The translations under genes were made by a program, and so were the position numbers. Of a stretch of DNA of 64,000 nucleotides, positions 48,141 through 57,868 are shown in pieces. Source of the DNA: an uncultured Draconibacterium sp. (GTDB taxonomy: Bacteria > Bacteroidota > Bacteroidia > Bacteroidales > Prolixibacteraceae); contig CAXXDA010000001.1 in assembly GCA_963676775.2 (NCBI GenBank), positions 12,615 to 76,614 of the forward strand. Reading direction: 5' to 3'. Within the stretch, counting starts at the first letter, position 1. Each line of letters begins with the position of its first letter. The notes under the pieces were generated by a model that saw only the letters and a list, made by a program, of their open reading frames with translations, did not search any database and was not told the DNA's origin.

Positions 48141-49268
48141 TTACAGCCTTTCTTTTAATTGATTTACCATTTCTTTTTTCCATGAAGAGAAATTTCCCTC
48201 CATAATTTTTTCTCTTGCCGTTTTTACCAGCCAAAGGTAAAATGCCAGATTATGTTGGCTTGCAATTTGTGCCCCAAGCATTTCACTCGAAATAATAAGG
48301 TGGCGAAGATACGCTTTCGAATATTGGTCTACAAACGATGTTCCGTTTTTGTCAATAGGAGAGTGGTCGTTTTCCCACTTTTTATTTCTGATGTTTATCG
48401 TTCCTTCGCTGGTAAACAGCATGCCGTTCCTTCCATTGCGCGTGGGCATAACACAGTCAAACATATCGACACCGCGTTCAATCGATTCCAGTATGTTTAC
48501 CGGCGTGCCAACACCCATTAAATATCGCGGTTTATTTTCAGGAAGGTCAGCAGTAGCTACTTCTGTCATTTCGTACATATCTTTTTCGGGTTCTCCCACC
48601 GAAAGTCCGCCAATGGCAAATCCATCAGCATCGAATGTTTTTACATGAGCTACAGCTGCTTTTCGCAGATCAGCAAAAGTATTTCCCTGTACAATCGGAA
48701 ACAGCGATTGCCTGTAGCCATATTTAGGTTGCGTATTTGTAAATTGGGTGAAGCACCTTTCGAGCCAGCGCTGCGTTAATTCGAGCGATTTTTTTGCATA
48801 TGCATAGTCTGCATCACCTGGTGTGCATTCGTCGAAAGCCATAATAATGTCTGCTCCAATGGAACGTTGAACATCAATTACATTTTCAGGTGTAAACATA
48901 TGATATGAACCATCGATATGTGATTGGAACCTTGCCCCTTCTTCAGTAAGTTTCCTGATGTCGCCCAATGAAAAAACCTGGTAACCTCCACTATCTGTTA
49001 AAATGGGTTTATCCCATCTGTTAAATTTGTGTAACCCACCCGCTTTTTCAATCACTTCTAATCCCGGACGCAGGTATAAGTGGTAAGTGTTTCCTAAAAT
49101 TATCTGAGCTTTAATATCTTCCTTCAAATCACGGGTGTGTATTCCTTTTACTGAACCGGCGGTTCCCACCGGCATAAAAATGGGAGTTTCAATTTTTCCA
49201 TGGTCGGTTGATATTACACCGGCTCTCGCCCGCGAATCCACATCACTTTTAATTAACTCAAATTTCAT
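48141..49268 (-). CDS. tgt: Queuine tRNA-ribosyltransferase
   Basis: 375 aa: 'RAGVISTDHGKIETPIFMPVGT', 'ILTDSGGYQVFSL', 'MAFDECTP'. Confidence 0.95.
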   Translation of the reverse strand: MKFELIKSDVDSRARAGVISTDHGKIETPIFMPVGTAGSVKGIHTRDLKEDIKAQIILGNTYHLYLRPGLEVIEKAGGLHKFNRWDKPILTDSGGYQVFSLGDIRKLTEEGARFQSHIDGSYHMFTPENVIDVQRSIGADIIMAFDECTPGDADYAYAKKSLELTQRWLERCFTQFTNTQPKYGYRQSLFPIVQGNTFADLRKAAVAHVKTFDADGFAIGGLSVGEPEKDMYEMTEVATADLPENKPRYLMGVGTPVNILESIERGVDMFDCVMPTRNGRNGMLFTSEGTINIRNKKWENDHSPIDKNGTSFVDQYSKAYLRHLIISSEMLGAQIASQHNLAFYLWLVKTAREKIMEGNFSSWKKEMVNQLKERL

Positions 49269-49365
49269 CTACCCTTTTTTTTGAGGGTTCAAATATAGCT
49301 AATATCCTCGAATTGAAAGGGATTTTCAATAGTACCAGCCTGTTAATAAATTATAATTCCTTTAG

Positions 49366-50625
49366 ATGAAAATAAATTGTTTTTTGTTCATTATTAATTT
49401 TGAAATTGATTTGATTGTTTCCATTTTTGAGCCGGTAAAATTCTATGTCAGTTTTTATATTTTCTGGATGCAGCAGTTTTTTCATATTTCCTTTTCCGGA
49501 ATAAATGCGTTTGATGTGCTTTTGCTCACTATTTTTGGTGTGCTTCTGTTTTCACGTATCTTATATTTGTGGTTGGTCGTAGGACGAATTGCGTTCAGAA
49601 ATAATAACCATTCAGATGTTAAAAACGGCGAACCAATTTCATTATTGCTAACTTTTCGAAATGAAGAAAAAAATCTACAGCAATATCTTCCAGAGATTTT
49701 GAAGATTAAAAATGTTGATTTTGAGGTGGTAGCAGTTGACGATTTTTCGCAGGACAATTCACTCTCAGTGTTGGGGGTAATGAAAGAAGAAAATGGGAAA
49801 TTGCGTGTTTCTTCGCTCAACCAGGAAACACGTTTTTCTGAGAAACTGGCGCAGAACATTGCGTTAAAAGCTGCCCGGAATAATTGGGTAATGACCATAC
49901 CCGTATCTTTGGTGGTAGGTGAAACAAATTGGCTGAAAAATGTATCAGGCAGGTTAATTCAGGGAAACGATGTGGTTTTAAACTATTCAAACGTATTGCA
50001 TACCGGACGTTTTTATAATCGACTTTTTCGAATTGAACTTTTTTTGCAACAGCTTAAAAGCGCTGGATTTACAATATGCGGGCTTCCTTTTACTTATACA
50101 GAAGAAAATGTGGCTTTCCGTAAAGAAAAATATTTTGAAGGAGGAAGTTACAGTCACAAACTAAAAGAGCCGTTTGCCAATCTGGAATTACTGATTAATG
50201 CTTTTATCCGGAAAAATAAAACTGAAGTTTGTTTTCAACAGGAAACAGCGATTCAAAAAAACGAACAGATAGAGCGAAGTGATTATTTTGGTCTGCTGAA
50301 AAAAAGTTTTCGAATAGAAAAATATCTTCCGGCCAGCAAACGGTGGATACTTTTGTTTGATGAATGGACCCGGTTGCTGTTTATACCATTTCTTATTCTT
50401 GTAATTGTTTTTGTTTCTGAGCTTTGGCTTTTTATGTTCATGGTAATTGTTGTAAAAATAGTATTGCATTTGTTTATCATAAAAAGGATTGTAAATCATT
50501 TGAATGAACGTAAAATATTCCTATCTTCGTTAATGTACGATTTGATAGTACCTTATTATAAAGTTTTTTATCGTTGGCATTTTAACCGGCGAAGTAGAAA
50601 ACAACGATGGAGGAGGAATACTTGA
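49366..50625 (+). CDS. Membrane-anchored family-2-like glycosyltransferase
   Basis: 419 aa (alternative ATG at 49468). GT-A N-terminal region 'ISLLLTFRNEEKNLQQYLPEILKI...FEVVAVDDFSQDNS'. TM helices at both ends and a highly basic tail (RRSRKQRWRRNT). Confidence 0.6.
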   Translation: MKINCFLFIINFEIDLIVSIFEPVKFYVSFYIFWMQQFFHISFSGINAFDVLLLTIFGVLLFSRILYLWLVVGRIAFRNNNHSDVKNGEPISLLLTFRNEEKNLQQYLPEILKIKNVDFEVVAVDDFSQDNSLSVLGVMKEENGKLRVSSLNQETRFSEKLAQNIALKAARNNWVMTIPVSLVVGETNWLKNVSGRLIQGNDVVLNYSNVLHTGRFYNRLFRIELFLQQLKSAGFTICGLPFTYTEENVAFRKEKYFEGGSYSHKLKEPFANLELLINAFIRKNKTEVCFQQETAIQKNEQIERSDYFGLLKKSFRIEKYLPASKRWILLFDEWTRLLFIPFLILVIVFVSELWLFMFMVIVVKIVLHLFIIKRIVNHLNERKIFLSSLMYDLIVPYYKVFYRWHFNRRSRKQRWRRNT

Positions 50626-51218
50626 AATTATCAGAAAAAGCCCGCCAGGATTACGTTCTCGTAAATGCAGCCTTAGCAGGTGACGAAAAAGCTTTTGCCC
50701 GGTTACTAAGTCGTTACAAAGATGCCATCTACTTTATGCTCCTGAAAATGGTAAATAATCGCAGCGATGCTGAAGATTTAACCCTTGAAGCATTTGGTAA
50801 AGCATTTAAAAATCTTCACCAGTATTCACCTACTTATGCATTTAGTACCTGGTTATTTAAAATTGCCTCGAATAACTGTATCGATTTTTTGCGTAAACAG
50901 AAAGGCACGTACGTCTCTATTGAAAATAACGGTGATCAAAATGAAAATAACGAAACGGTTCGACTAAAATCAAAAGAACCCAATCCGGAAGAGAAGCTTA
51001 TCCGCAAGCAAAAAGCCATTTTATTACAGAAAGTAGTTCGGCGGTTAAAACCGAGATACCGCACATTGGTTGAACTGCGTTATTTTCGTGAATTTTCATA
51101 TGAAGAAATTGCAAAAGAATTAAATTTGCCGCTCGGTACGGTAAAAGCCCAGTTATTCAGGGCGCGTGAAATGCTTTTTAAAATGATAGAAAGTACCGAG
51201 ATTAACCAACAGGAATAA
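50607..51218 (+). CDS. Sigma-70 family (ECF-type) RNA polymerase sigma factor
   Basis: 203 aa. Region 2 is 'DAEDLTLEAFGKAFKNLHQY....FSTWLFKIASNNCIDFLRK'. Region 4 is 'RTLVELRYFREFSYEEIAKELNLPLGTVKAQLFRAR'. Overlaps the upstream GT2-like gene by 19 nt. Confidence 0.88.
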   Translation: MEEEYLKLSEKARQDYVLVNAALAGDEKAFARLLSRYKDAIYFMLLKMVNNRSDAEDLTLEAFGKAFKNLHQYSPTYAFSTWLFKIASNNCIDFLRKQKGTYVSIENNGDQNENNETVRLKSKEPNPEEKLIRKQKAILLQKVVRRLKPRYRTLVELRYFREFSYEEIAKELNLPLGTVKAQLFRAREMLFKMIESTEINQQE

Positions 51219-51227
51219 AATGGTAAT

Positions 51228-51848
51228 ATGGATATTATCCGGAAATATTTTCCCCGTTTAAATGATATTCAAATCGAACAGTTCAAACAACTTGAACCGT
51301 TATACTCTGATTGGAATGCAAAAGTTAATGTGGTTTCGCGAAAAGATTTTGCCTCGCTATATGAAAAACACGTGTTGCACTCGCTGGGTATTGCCAGATT
51401 TGTTGGCTTTACCCCGGGAACAAATATATTGGATGTAGGAACTGGAGGAGGTTTTCCGGGAATTCCTCTGGCAATTTATTTTCCGGGAGTAAAGTTTCAT
51501 TTGGTTGATTCTATCGGGAAGAAGATAAAAGTGGTGAAAGGTGTGGCAGAAACTTTGAAACTTAAAAATGTAACCGCTGAACAAATCAGAGCTGAACAAT
51601 TAAATCAGAAATACGATTTTGTTGTAAGCCGCGCTGTTACTAAACTTCCGGAATTTGCAGGCTGGGTGCGTAAAAACATCACTCATAAGCAAAAAAACGC
51701 CATACCAAATGGAATTCTTTATCTGAAAGGAGGTGATTTAAGTGCCGAGCTCCAACCCTTCGGGAAAGATATATTTATTCAAAATTTATCGGAATATTTC
51801 GAAGAAGAATTTTTTGAGACCAAAAAGCTGGTTCATCTGGTATTGTAA
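51228..51848 (+). CDS. rsmG: 16S rRNA (guanine527-N7)-methyltransferase
   Basis: 206 aa: 'WNAKVNVVS....EKHVLHSL' and 'ILDVGTGGGFPGIPLAI'. Confidence 0.92.
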   Translation: MDIIRKYFPRLNDIQIEQFKQLEPLYSDWNAKVNVVSRKDFASLYEKHVLHSLGIARFVGFTPGTNILDVGTGGGFPGIPLAIYFPGVKFHLVDSIGKKIKVVKGVAETLKLKNVTAEQIRAEQLNQKYDFVVSRAVTKLPEFAGWVRKNITHKQKNAIPNGILYLKGGDLSAELQPFGKDIFIQNLSEYFEEEFFETKKLVHLVL

Positions 51849-51882
51849 AAAAATGCCCGGTAATTTGTATTTACCGGGGCAT
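51847..51882. terminator. Shared (bidirectional) terminator between the convergent rsmG and pfk genes
   Basis: Stem atgcccggtaa / ttaccggggcat with one bulged G. An A7 run upstream gives T7 on the minus strand, so it is stronger for pfk. Confidence 0.7.
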
Positions 51883-51903
51883 AATATTTATAATGAAAAT
51901 AGC

Positions 51904-52974
51904 TTATCCTAAAGTGGCCGGATACTCGTCTCCAAACGAAACACCCATTTTTCTTGCCTTTTGTATCAAAGGAAATTCATGTCCAACCAGGCGGAGGTTT
52001 CCACCAACATCTTCAAGTGGCACGGTGGATAACTCATTTTGTTTCATGGCTACCATAGTACCGAAGTTACCATCGGCAATGCATTGTGCAGCGTAAGCTC
52101 CGTAACGGGTGGCTAAAATACGGTCCATTGGAGTAGGACTACCACCGCGTTGAATATAGCCCAGCACAGTTTCGCGTGTCTCAATGCCGGTATAGGTCTT
52201 AATGGCTTCGCCAATATGCGATGCTGCTGATGTACTCTTTGGATGATCAATCCCTTCAGCTACAACCACAATTGAATACGGTTTTTTATCCTCGTAACGA
52301 TTTTCAATTTTTTTACATACCGAACGGATGTTGTATGGAAGTTCGGGAAGCAGAATAATGTCTCCGCCACCGGCGAGGCCAGAATACAATGCCAGCCATC
52401 CTGCATGGTGTCCCATAATTTCAATAATCATTACCCGTTGGTGCGAGTTGGCAGTAGTGTGTAACCGATCTATGGCGTCGGTTGCAATTTGCACAGCCGA
52501 ATCGAACCCGAAAGTAACATCGGTTCCCCACACATCGTTATCAATGGTTTTTGGAATCCCAATTACATTCATACCTTCTTTTGAAAGCATATTTGCCGTT
52601 TTCATGGTTCCATTTCCGCCAATACATACTACACAGTCGAGCCCCAGGCTTTTGTAATTTTTTCTTATTTTATCGGGTTTTGCATTGTCCTTTTTCCCGT
52701 TACCGTTTTTTACCATTTTGTAAGGCTTTTCACGCGATGTGCCTAAAATAGTGCCGCCAACGGTTAATATACCGGAGAGCTGGGATTCTTTTAATTCAAT
52801 ATAATCGTTGTTAATTAATCCTGAAAAACCGGCATTGAATCCTAAAACCTGCATGCCATATTCAACAATTGCTGTTTTACCAACACCACGAATAGCTGCA
52901 TTTAATCCGGGACAATCGCCTCCTGCAGTTAAAATTCCAATTTTTTTTGGTTTGGCTGAATTACTCATAACCAT
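51904..52974 (-). CDS. pfkA: 6-phosphofructokinase
   Basis: 356 aa: 'IGILTAGGDCPGLNAAIRG', 'IGGNGT', 'IGIPKTIDND', 'MGHHAGWLAL'. Phosphoryl-donor specificity (ATP or PPi) cannot be decided by eye. Confidence 0.9.
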   Translation of the reverse strand: MVMSNSAKPKKIGILTAGGDCPGLNAAIRGVGKTAIVEYGMQVLGFNAGFSGLINNDYIELKESQLSGILTVGGTILGTSREKPYKMVKNGNGKKDNAKPDKIRKNYKSLGLDCVVCIGGNGTMKTANMLSKEGMNVIGIPKTIDNDVWGTDVTFGFDSAVQIATDAIDRLHTTANSHQRVMIIEIMGHHAGWLALYSGLAGGGDIILLPELPYNIRSVCKKIENRYEDKKPYSIVVVAEGIDHPKSTSAASHIGEAIKTYTGIETRETVLGYIQRGGSPTPMDRILATRYGAYAAQCIADGNFGTMVAMKQNELSTVPLEDVGGNLRLVGHEFPLIQKARKMGVSFGDEYPATLG

Positions 52975-53187
52975 GTTGTTTTTATTTGAAATAAAAGAAA
53001 TTCAAAAACCGAAATTACAAAAGAATATCTTAAAATGTTAATTTTGCAGGAAACAGTTCACAACAATTAGAAAAATTTAAAAGATAAGTACAGCAATACG
53101 TTTGATTGTAATTGGAACATAAATTTTTGTAACTTCGTTATTCAGCAAAAAAAATTGAAATTATAAACCAATTAAAATTCTTATAAG

Positions 53188-53985
53188 ATGAAAAGAGTAT
53201 TTTCAATTCTTTTAGCGGGTGCATTTATTTTCGGAATGTCTTGTCAAAGCGGACAAAAAAAATCATCACAGGAAACGGAAGAAAAAAGTGCGCCGGTAGA
53301 AGAAACTGTAGGACCTAACCAGTTAACGCAAAAAGAAAAGGATGAAGGCTGGGTTTTGCTTTTTGATGGTAAAACACATGAAGGCTGGCATGGTTATGGA
53401 ATGGAAACATTTCCGCAAGGATGGCAGATTGTTGATGGAACGTTAATGTGTAATGGTTCCGGTCGTGGTGAAGCCGGTGCTGAAAATGGTGGAGATATTG
53501 TTACAAACAAGGAATATTCTAATTTTCATTTGAAACTGGAATGGAAAATCTCGGAGGGTGGTAATTCCGGTATTTTTTATCTTGGCAATGAAGATCCGCA
53601 GTTTGACAAAATTTATTATACCGCACCTGAAATGCAGGTATTGGACAATGAAAGGCACCCTGATGCTATGCTCGGTAAAGACGGAAATCGTCAGGCTGGT
53701 TCATTATACGACCTGATTCCCGCAAAACCCCAGAATGCAAAGCCAGCAGGCGAGTGGAACAGTATTGAAATAATATGTTACAAAGGAACAGTTGTTCATA
53801 AACAAAATGGCGAAACCGTTTTGGAATATCACTTATGGACCGACGACTGGAATAAATTAGTGGCTGATTCGAAATTTCCGGATCTTAATCCGGACTGGGC
53901 GAATGTGGCAAAATCGGGTGTTATTGCACTGCAGGATCATGGAGATGATGTTTGGTATCGCGATATCAAAATAAGACAATTGTAA
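53188..53985 (+). CDS. DUF1080 (3-keto-disaccharide hydrolase-like) family secreted protein
   Basis: 265 aa with a lipoprotein-like signal (FIFGMSC). 'GWVLLFDGKT...W', 'GNSGIFY' and the terminal 'IALQDHGDDVWYRDIKIRQL' are typical of DUF1080. Confidence 0.8.
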   Translation: MKRVFSILLAGAFIFGMSCQSGQKKSSQETEEKSAPVEETVGPNQLTQKEKDEGWVLLFDGKTHEGWHGYGMETFPQGWQIVDGTLMCNGSGRGEAGAENGGDIVTNKEYSNFHLKLEWKISEGGNSGIFYLGNEDPQFDKIYYTAPEMQVLDNERHPDAMLGKDGNRQAGSLYDLIPAKPQNAKPAGEWNSIEIICYKGTVVHKQNGETVLEYHLWTDDWNKLVADSKFPDLNPDWANVAKSGVIALQDHGDDVWYRDIKIRQL

Positions 53986-54020
53986 CCAGATTGCAATTAT
54001 TGTAACTAACTGAACAAATG

Positions 54021-54052
54021 ACCCGGATGCCTTAAGGTTTCCGGGTTTTTTT
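54021..54052 (+). terminator. Rho-independent terminator after the DUF1080 gene
   Basis: Stem acccgga / tccgggt followed by T7. It abuts the stop codon of the convergent GldB-like gene. Confidence 0.7.
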
Positions 54053-55067
54053 ATTCGGGAAAATAGTCTGAAGCATTTAAAATATCCTGGTATCCGGAAT
54101 TTTCCATTAGTTGTGACAGTGTTACTTCAGGATGTTTTTTCATATACTGACGAACAATCTGCCAGCCAATCCATATCCCCGTTCGTCCGGGTGATTCCAT
54201 CGGGAATCCATTGGTATACGGTGCATCATTAATATAGCGAACAATATCCATTCGCTTATTGGAGTATAGCAATTTTTTATCTACCAGGTAAAGCCACATT
54301 TGTGCCTCATTTTTATCGCACCATTCCATTTGCTTTTTTGTATAGCCTATTTTTAGAGAATCTTCCATTTCAGGTAAAAGCGCATCTACAAAATACATAA
54401 GTTTTCCCTGGTAAATAATATTTCCCAGGAGGTTCGTTGGGGGGGACTTTGCGGGAAATTCTGTAATTCCCCAGGCATATGCTACATCAGAAGGTATTTT
54501 TTCTTTATGCATATTCACCGTTTTATATAATGGAGTGGTGCTTAGCATCCGGTAATATTTACAATCGCGTCCCAGATATTTGTCGAGACTTATTCCAATA
54601 ACGTTTTTAGCTGTAAAAACGGACTGGTTAAAACCCGTGATACAAGTATAAACCGCAGGCAATTCTTTGTCTGGAAAGTGATACTGATAATATTTAAAAG
54701 CTTTGCTTAACTGTTTTGTAACTGGTTCGAAATTCACAAATTCATTATTTACCAGATGTTTAACATTTTGAATCATTGTGTCGTTCAGAAACTGATTCAT
54801 GAGGTTGGGGAACTGTTCGTCATCTATGCCACCAATGCGAATAACTTTGTATGTGAACAGATCAAAAAAATCGGGGTGTTTTTCATGCAATGCAATATAA
54901 GCTGAAAGAGAATCTTCCCGGGGAAGATTGAAAAGTTCTTTATCGAAACGTACGATTTCTATATTTTTATCAATTCCTGAAACATCGACTTTTAAACGAT
55001 TGTGATTACAAGCAAACAGAGCCGGAAACAATGTTCCCAGTATAAGCAAACGAAAAACAATTTTCAT
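54051..55067 (-). CDS. gldB: GldB-like gliding-motility lipoprotein
   Basis: From ATG 55067 (MKIVFRLLILGTLFPALFAC). 'IEIVRFDKELF' and the overall length resemble GldB. This is recall only, so confidence is moderate. Confidence 0.55.
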   Translation of the reverse strand: MKIVFRLLILGTLFPALFACNHNRLKVDVSGIDKNIEIVRFDKELFNLPREDSLSAYIALHEKHPDFFDLFTYKVIRIGGIDDEQFPNLMNQFLNDTMIQNVKHLVNNEFVNFEPVTKQLSKAFKYYQYHFPDKELPAVYTCITGFNQSVFTAKNVIGISLDKYLGRDCKYYRMLSTTPLYKTVNMHKEKIPSDVAYAWGITEFPAKSPPTNLLGNIIYQGKLMYFVDALLPEMEDSLKIGYTKKQMEWCDKNEAQMWLYLVDKKLLYSNKRMDIVRYINDAPYTNGFPMESPGRTGIWIGWQIVRQYMKKHPEVTLSQLMENSGYQDILNASDYFPE

Positions 55068-55364
55068 CTCGTTACGATTGATTGTATCTAAGATATTCGA
55101 TATAACTCGCCATAATAGTGATTTTTGTCGGCTGTTTTTATTTGTCATGGCTCGTTTCATTTTATATGAATTTTAATTCAATACGCTTCCTATCAATTAT
55201 TATTGCGAAATTGAACTAAAAATTGGAGATTTGCAATCATAAAATAAGTTGCTGGTTTCGACTTTCATGTTTCGTGTTTGAGTATTCAAATTTCGAAATT
55301 TTCAAAACCTGAAACTTTTCCAAAGAAATAACTTTGGCAGAACTCAGAAAATAAAACTCTTTTT

Positions 55365-57008
55365 ATGAAGATTGCTTTTGCTCAGTTAAATTATACCATT
55401 GGTGATTTTGAAGGAAACGCGGATAAAATTATTCGTAACATTGAAAAAGCCAAAAAAGAGGGAGCCGACCTGGTCGTGTTCTCTGAACTGTCGGTAACAG
55501 GATATTACCCGCACGATTTGCTTGAAAAAAAGGAATTTATTTATAAAGCGGAAGAAACAGTGAAAAAAATTGCAGCACATTGTGTTGATATTGCTGCAAT
55601 AATTGGCGCACCAAGAATTAATGAAAGCGAACGGGGCAAAAAATTGTACAATTCGGCTTTTTTCCTTACCAATGGAGAAATCGAAAGTGTACACAATAAA
55701 ACGTTATTGCCCACATACGATATTTTCGATGAATACCGTCATTTTGAGCCCAACCATGAATTTGGTGTAGTAGATTATAAAGGTGAAAAAATCGCCATTA
55801 CCATTTGCGAGGATTTATGGGATGAACAGCCTACCGAAAGTGAATTTGGTAAAGATAAGTTGTATCAAACCTCGCCACTGGAAGAGCTGGTTAAATTTAA
55901 TCCCGATTTTGTGGTGAATATTTCAGCATCGCCATTTTCATATAATCAGGAGGGGTGGCGAAAAAATGTGCTGATTTCAAAAGCAAAGAAATATCGTATT
56001 CCCATTTTGTATGTGAATCAGATTGGTGCACAAACCGAGCTTATTTTCGATGGTGGTTCTGTTTTTATTAATAGCGATGGAAAGATTATAAAAGAACTCC
56101 GCTATTTTGAAGAAGATTATCATTTGTTTGATACAAAAAATTTGGGAGAAAAGCATTTACAAAAACAAACAGATACCATTGAAAAAATACACGATGCGCT
56201 GGTTTTGGGAATTCGCGATTATTTTTTGAAAATGGGATTTAAAAGGGCTACACTTGGGCTTTCCGGGGGAATTGATTCAGCTGTTACAGCTGTGCTCGCA
56301 GTTCGTGCCTTGGGACCCGAAAATGTGCGGGTATTGTTAATGCCCTCGAGATATTCTACCGGACATAGTGTGGAAGATGCCCGGCTACTGGCCGAAAACC
56401 TTGGAGTAAGGTATGATGTAGTACAAATTCAGGATGCAGTAGATGCTTTTGAAAGCGAATTGGCTCCACTTTTCGAAGGAACACAAACGGATGTTACCGA
56501 AGAAAATATACAAGCGCGGGCTCGTGGAATATTTGTTATGGCATTGTCGAATAAATTTGGACATATTTTGCTGAATACAACTAACAAAAGTGAATGTGCA
56601 GTTGGTTACGGAACATTGTACGGAGATATGAACGGAGGGTTGGCAGTGCTGGGCGACGTTTATAAAATGGATGTCTACCGTCTATCCAGATTAATGAACA
56701 GAAATGGTGAAATTATTCCGGAAAATACCATTGTAAAGCCACCGTCGGCAGAGTTACGTCCTGATCAAAAAGATACTGACTCTCTTCCGGAATACGAAGA
56801 TCTGGATAAAATGCTGTTTAATTACATTGAGTTAAACAAATCACCAAAAGAAATAATGGAACTCGGATTTGACGAGCAGGTTGTAACCCGGGTTGTTCGA
56901 TTGGTAAACATGAATGAATACAAACGGTTTCAGGCAGCGCCTATTTTAAGAGTAAGTTCAAAAGCATTTGGGTTTGGCCGTAAGATGCCATTGGTTGCGA
57001 AATATTAA
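55365..57008 (+). CDS. nadE: Glutamine-dependent NAD+ synthetase
   Basis: 547 aa. N-terminal CN-hydrolase domain ('VVFSELSVTGY', 'ICEDLW') plus C-terminal NAD synthase with PP-loop 'LGLSGGIDSAV'. Confidence 0.95.
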   Translation: MKIAFAQLNYTIGDFEGNADKIIRNIEKAKKEGADLVVFSELSVTGYYPHDLLEKKEFIYKAEETVKKIAAHCVDIAAIIGAPRINESERGKKLYNSAFFLTNGEIESVHNKTLLPTYDIFDEYRHFEPNHEFGVVDYKGEKIAITICEDLWDEQPTESEFGKDKLYQTSPLEELVKFNPDFVVNISASPFSYNQEGWRKNVLISKAKKYRIPILYVNQIGAQTELIFDGGSVFINSDGKIIKELRYFEEDYHLFDTKNLGEKHLQKQTDTIEKIHDALVLGIRDYFLKMGFKRATLGLSGGIDSAVTAVLAVRALGPENVRVLLMPSRYSTGHSVEDARLLAENLGVRYDVVQIQDAVDAFESELAPLFEGTQTDVTEENIQARARGIFVMALSNKFGHILLNTTNKSECAVGYGTLYGDMNGGLAVLGDVYKMDVYRLSRLMNRNGEIIPENTIVKPPSAELRPDQKDTDSLPEYEDLDKMLFNYIELNKSPKEIMELGFDEQVVTRVVRLVNMNEYKRFQAAPILRVSSKAFGFGRKMPLVAKY

Positions 57009-57047
57009 GCTGTTCTTTTACTCCTGTTTTTATCTGGTGATAAATTT

Positions 57048-57067
57048 TTGAATTCGGTGAAATTCAA
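57048..57067. promoter_or_regulatory. Inverted repeat TTGAATT-N6-AATTCAA upstream of the Crp/Fnr regulator gene (candidate autoregulatory box)
   Basis: Perfect 7-bp arms with a 6-bp spacer, 81 nt upstream of the ATG at 57148. The geometry resembles CRP/FNR-type dyads. Confidence 0.35.
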
Positions 57068-57147
57068 TGTAAAATAACTGTTAAAAATAGGGGGTATTAT
57101 GACAAAATTTTTAACTTTGATGCTGTAAAACATACTAAGACAGCTAT

Positions 57148-57849
57148 ATGTTAAATTCAGAGTTGGGTGTAAAAGATATTGTTGATAATCCGAAGTCGAT
57201 ATTTTATCTTTTAAGTCAGGAAGAAAAAGATGAATTACAGCATCATATTTCTCTTTCACATTACAAGAAAAATGAATTTATTTTTAAGGAAGGTGATAAA
57301 CCTACCGGCTTTCTATTGTTGGTTGACGGGAAAGTGAAAATTTTCAAAGAAGGAGTTGGTGGTCGTGAACAAATTATACGAATGGCCAAACCATTGGGCG
57401 TAATCGGTTACCGTGCACTTTTTGGCGATGAAATTCACAATTCCTCTGCTGTAACTCTTGAAGAGTCGTTGGTATGTACTGTAGCTCCTGATTTTATTTT
57501 TAACAGGGCACTGAAGAACAGTGATTTTTCTTTTAAAATAATTCGAAAACTGTCAAAGGAATTGGGATTCTCTAATTCGAGAACGGTAACATTAACACAA
57601 AAGCACATTCGTGGAAGACTTGCTGAATCATTGATTTTGTTAAAAGAAAAATACGGTTTCGAGCACGATGGAAGTACATTGAAAGTATACCTTTCGCGCG
57701 AGGATATTGCCAATTTGTCCAATATGACAACTTCGAACGCTATACGTACCTTATCTACATTTGCAAACGAAAAGGTGATTGCCATAGACGGACGGAAAAT
57801 AAAAATTCTGGATTCACACCGATTGGAACGTATCAGCAAGTTAGGTTAA
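57148..57849 (+). CDS. Crp/Fnr-family transcriptional regulator
   Basis: 233 aa with a cNMP-binding beta-barrel ('IFKEGDKPTGFLLLVDGKVKIF') and a C-terminal HTH ('SREDIANLSNMTTSNAIRTLSTF'). Confidence 0.88.
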   Translation: MLNSELGVKDIVDNPKSIFYLLSQEEKDELQHHISLSHYKKNEFIFKEGDKPTGFLLLVDGKVKIFKEGVGGREQIIRMAKPLGVIGYRALFGDEIHNSSAVTLEESLVCTVAPDFIFNRALKNSDFSFKIIRKLSKELGFSNSRTVTLTQKHIRGRLAESLILLKEKYGFEHDGSTLKVYLSREDIANLSNMTTSNAIRTLSTFANEKVIAIDGRKIKILDSHRLERISKLG

Positions 57850-57868
57850 AGGATATTTGTTTTTATTT

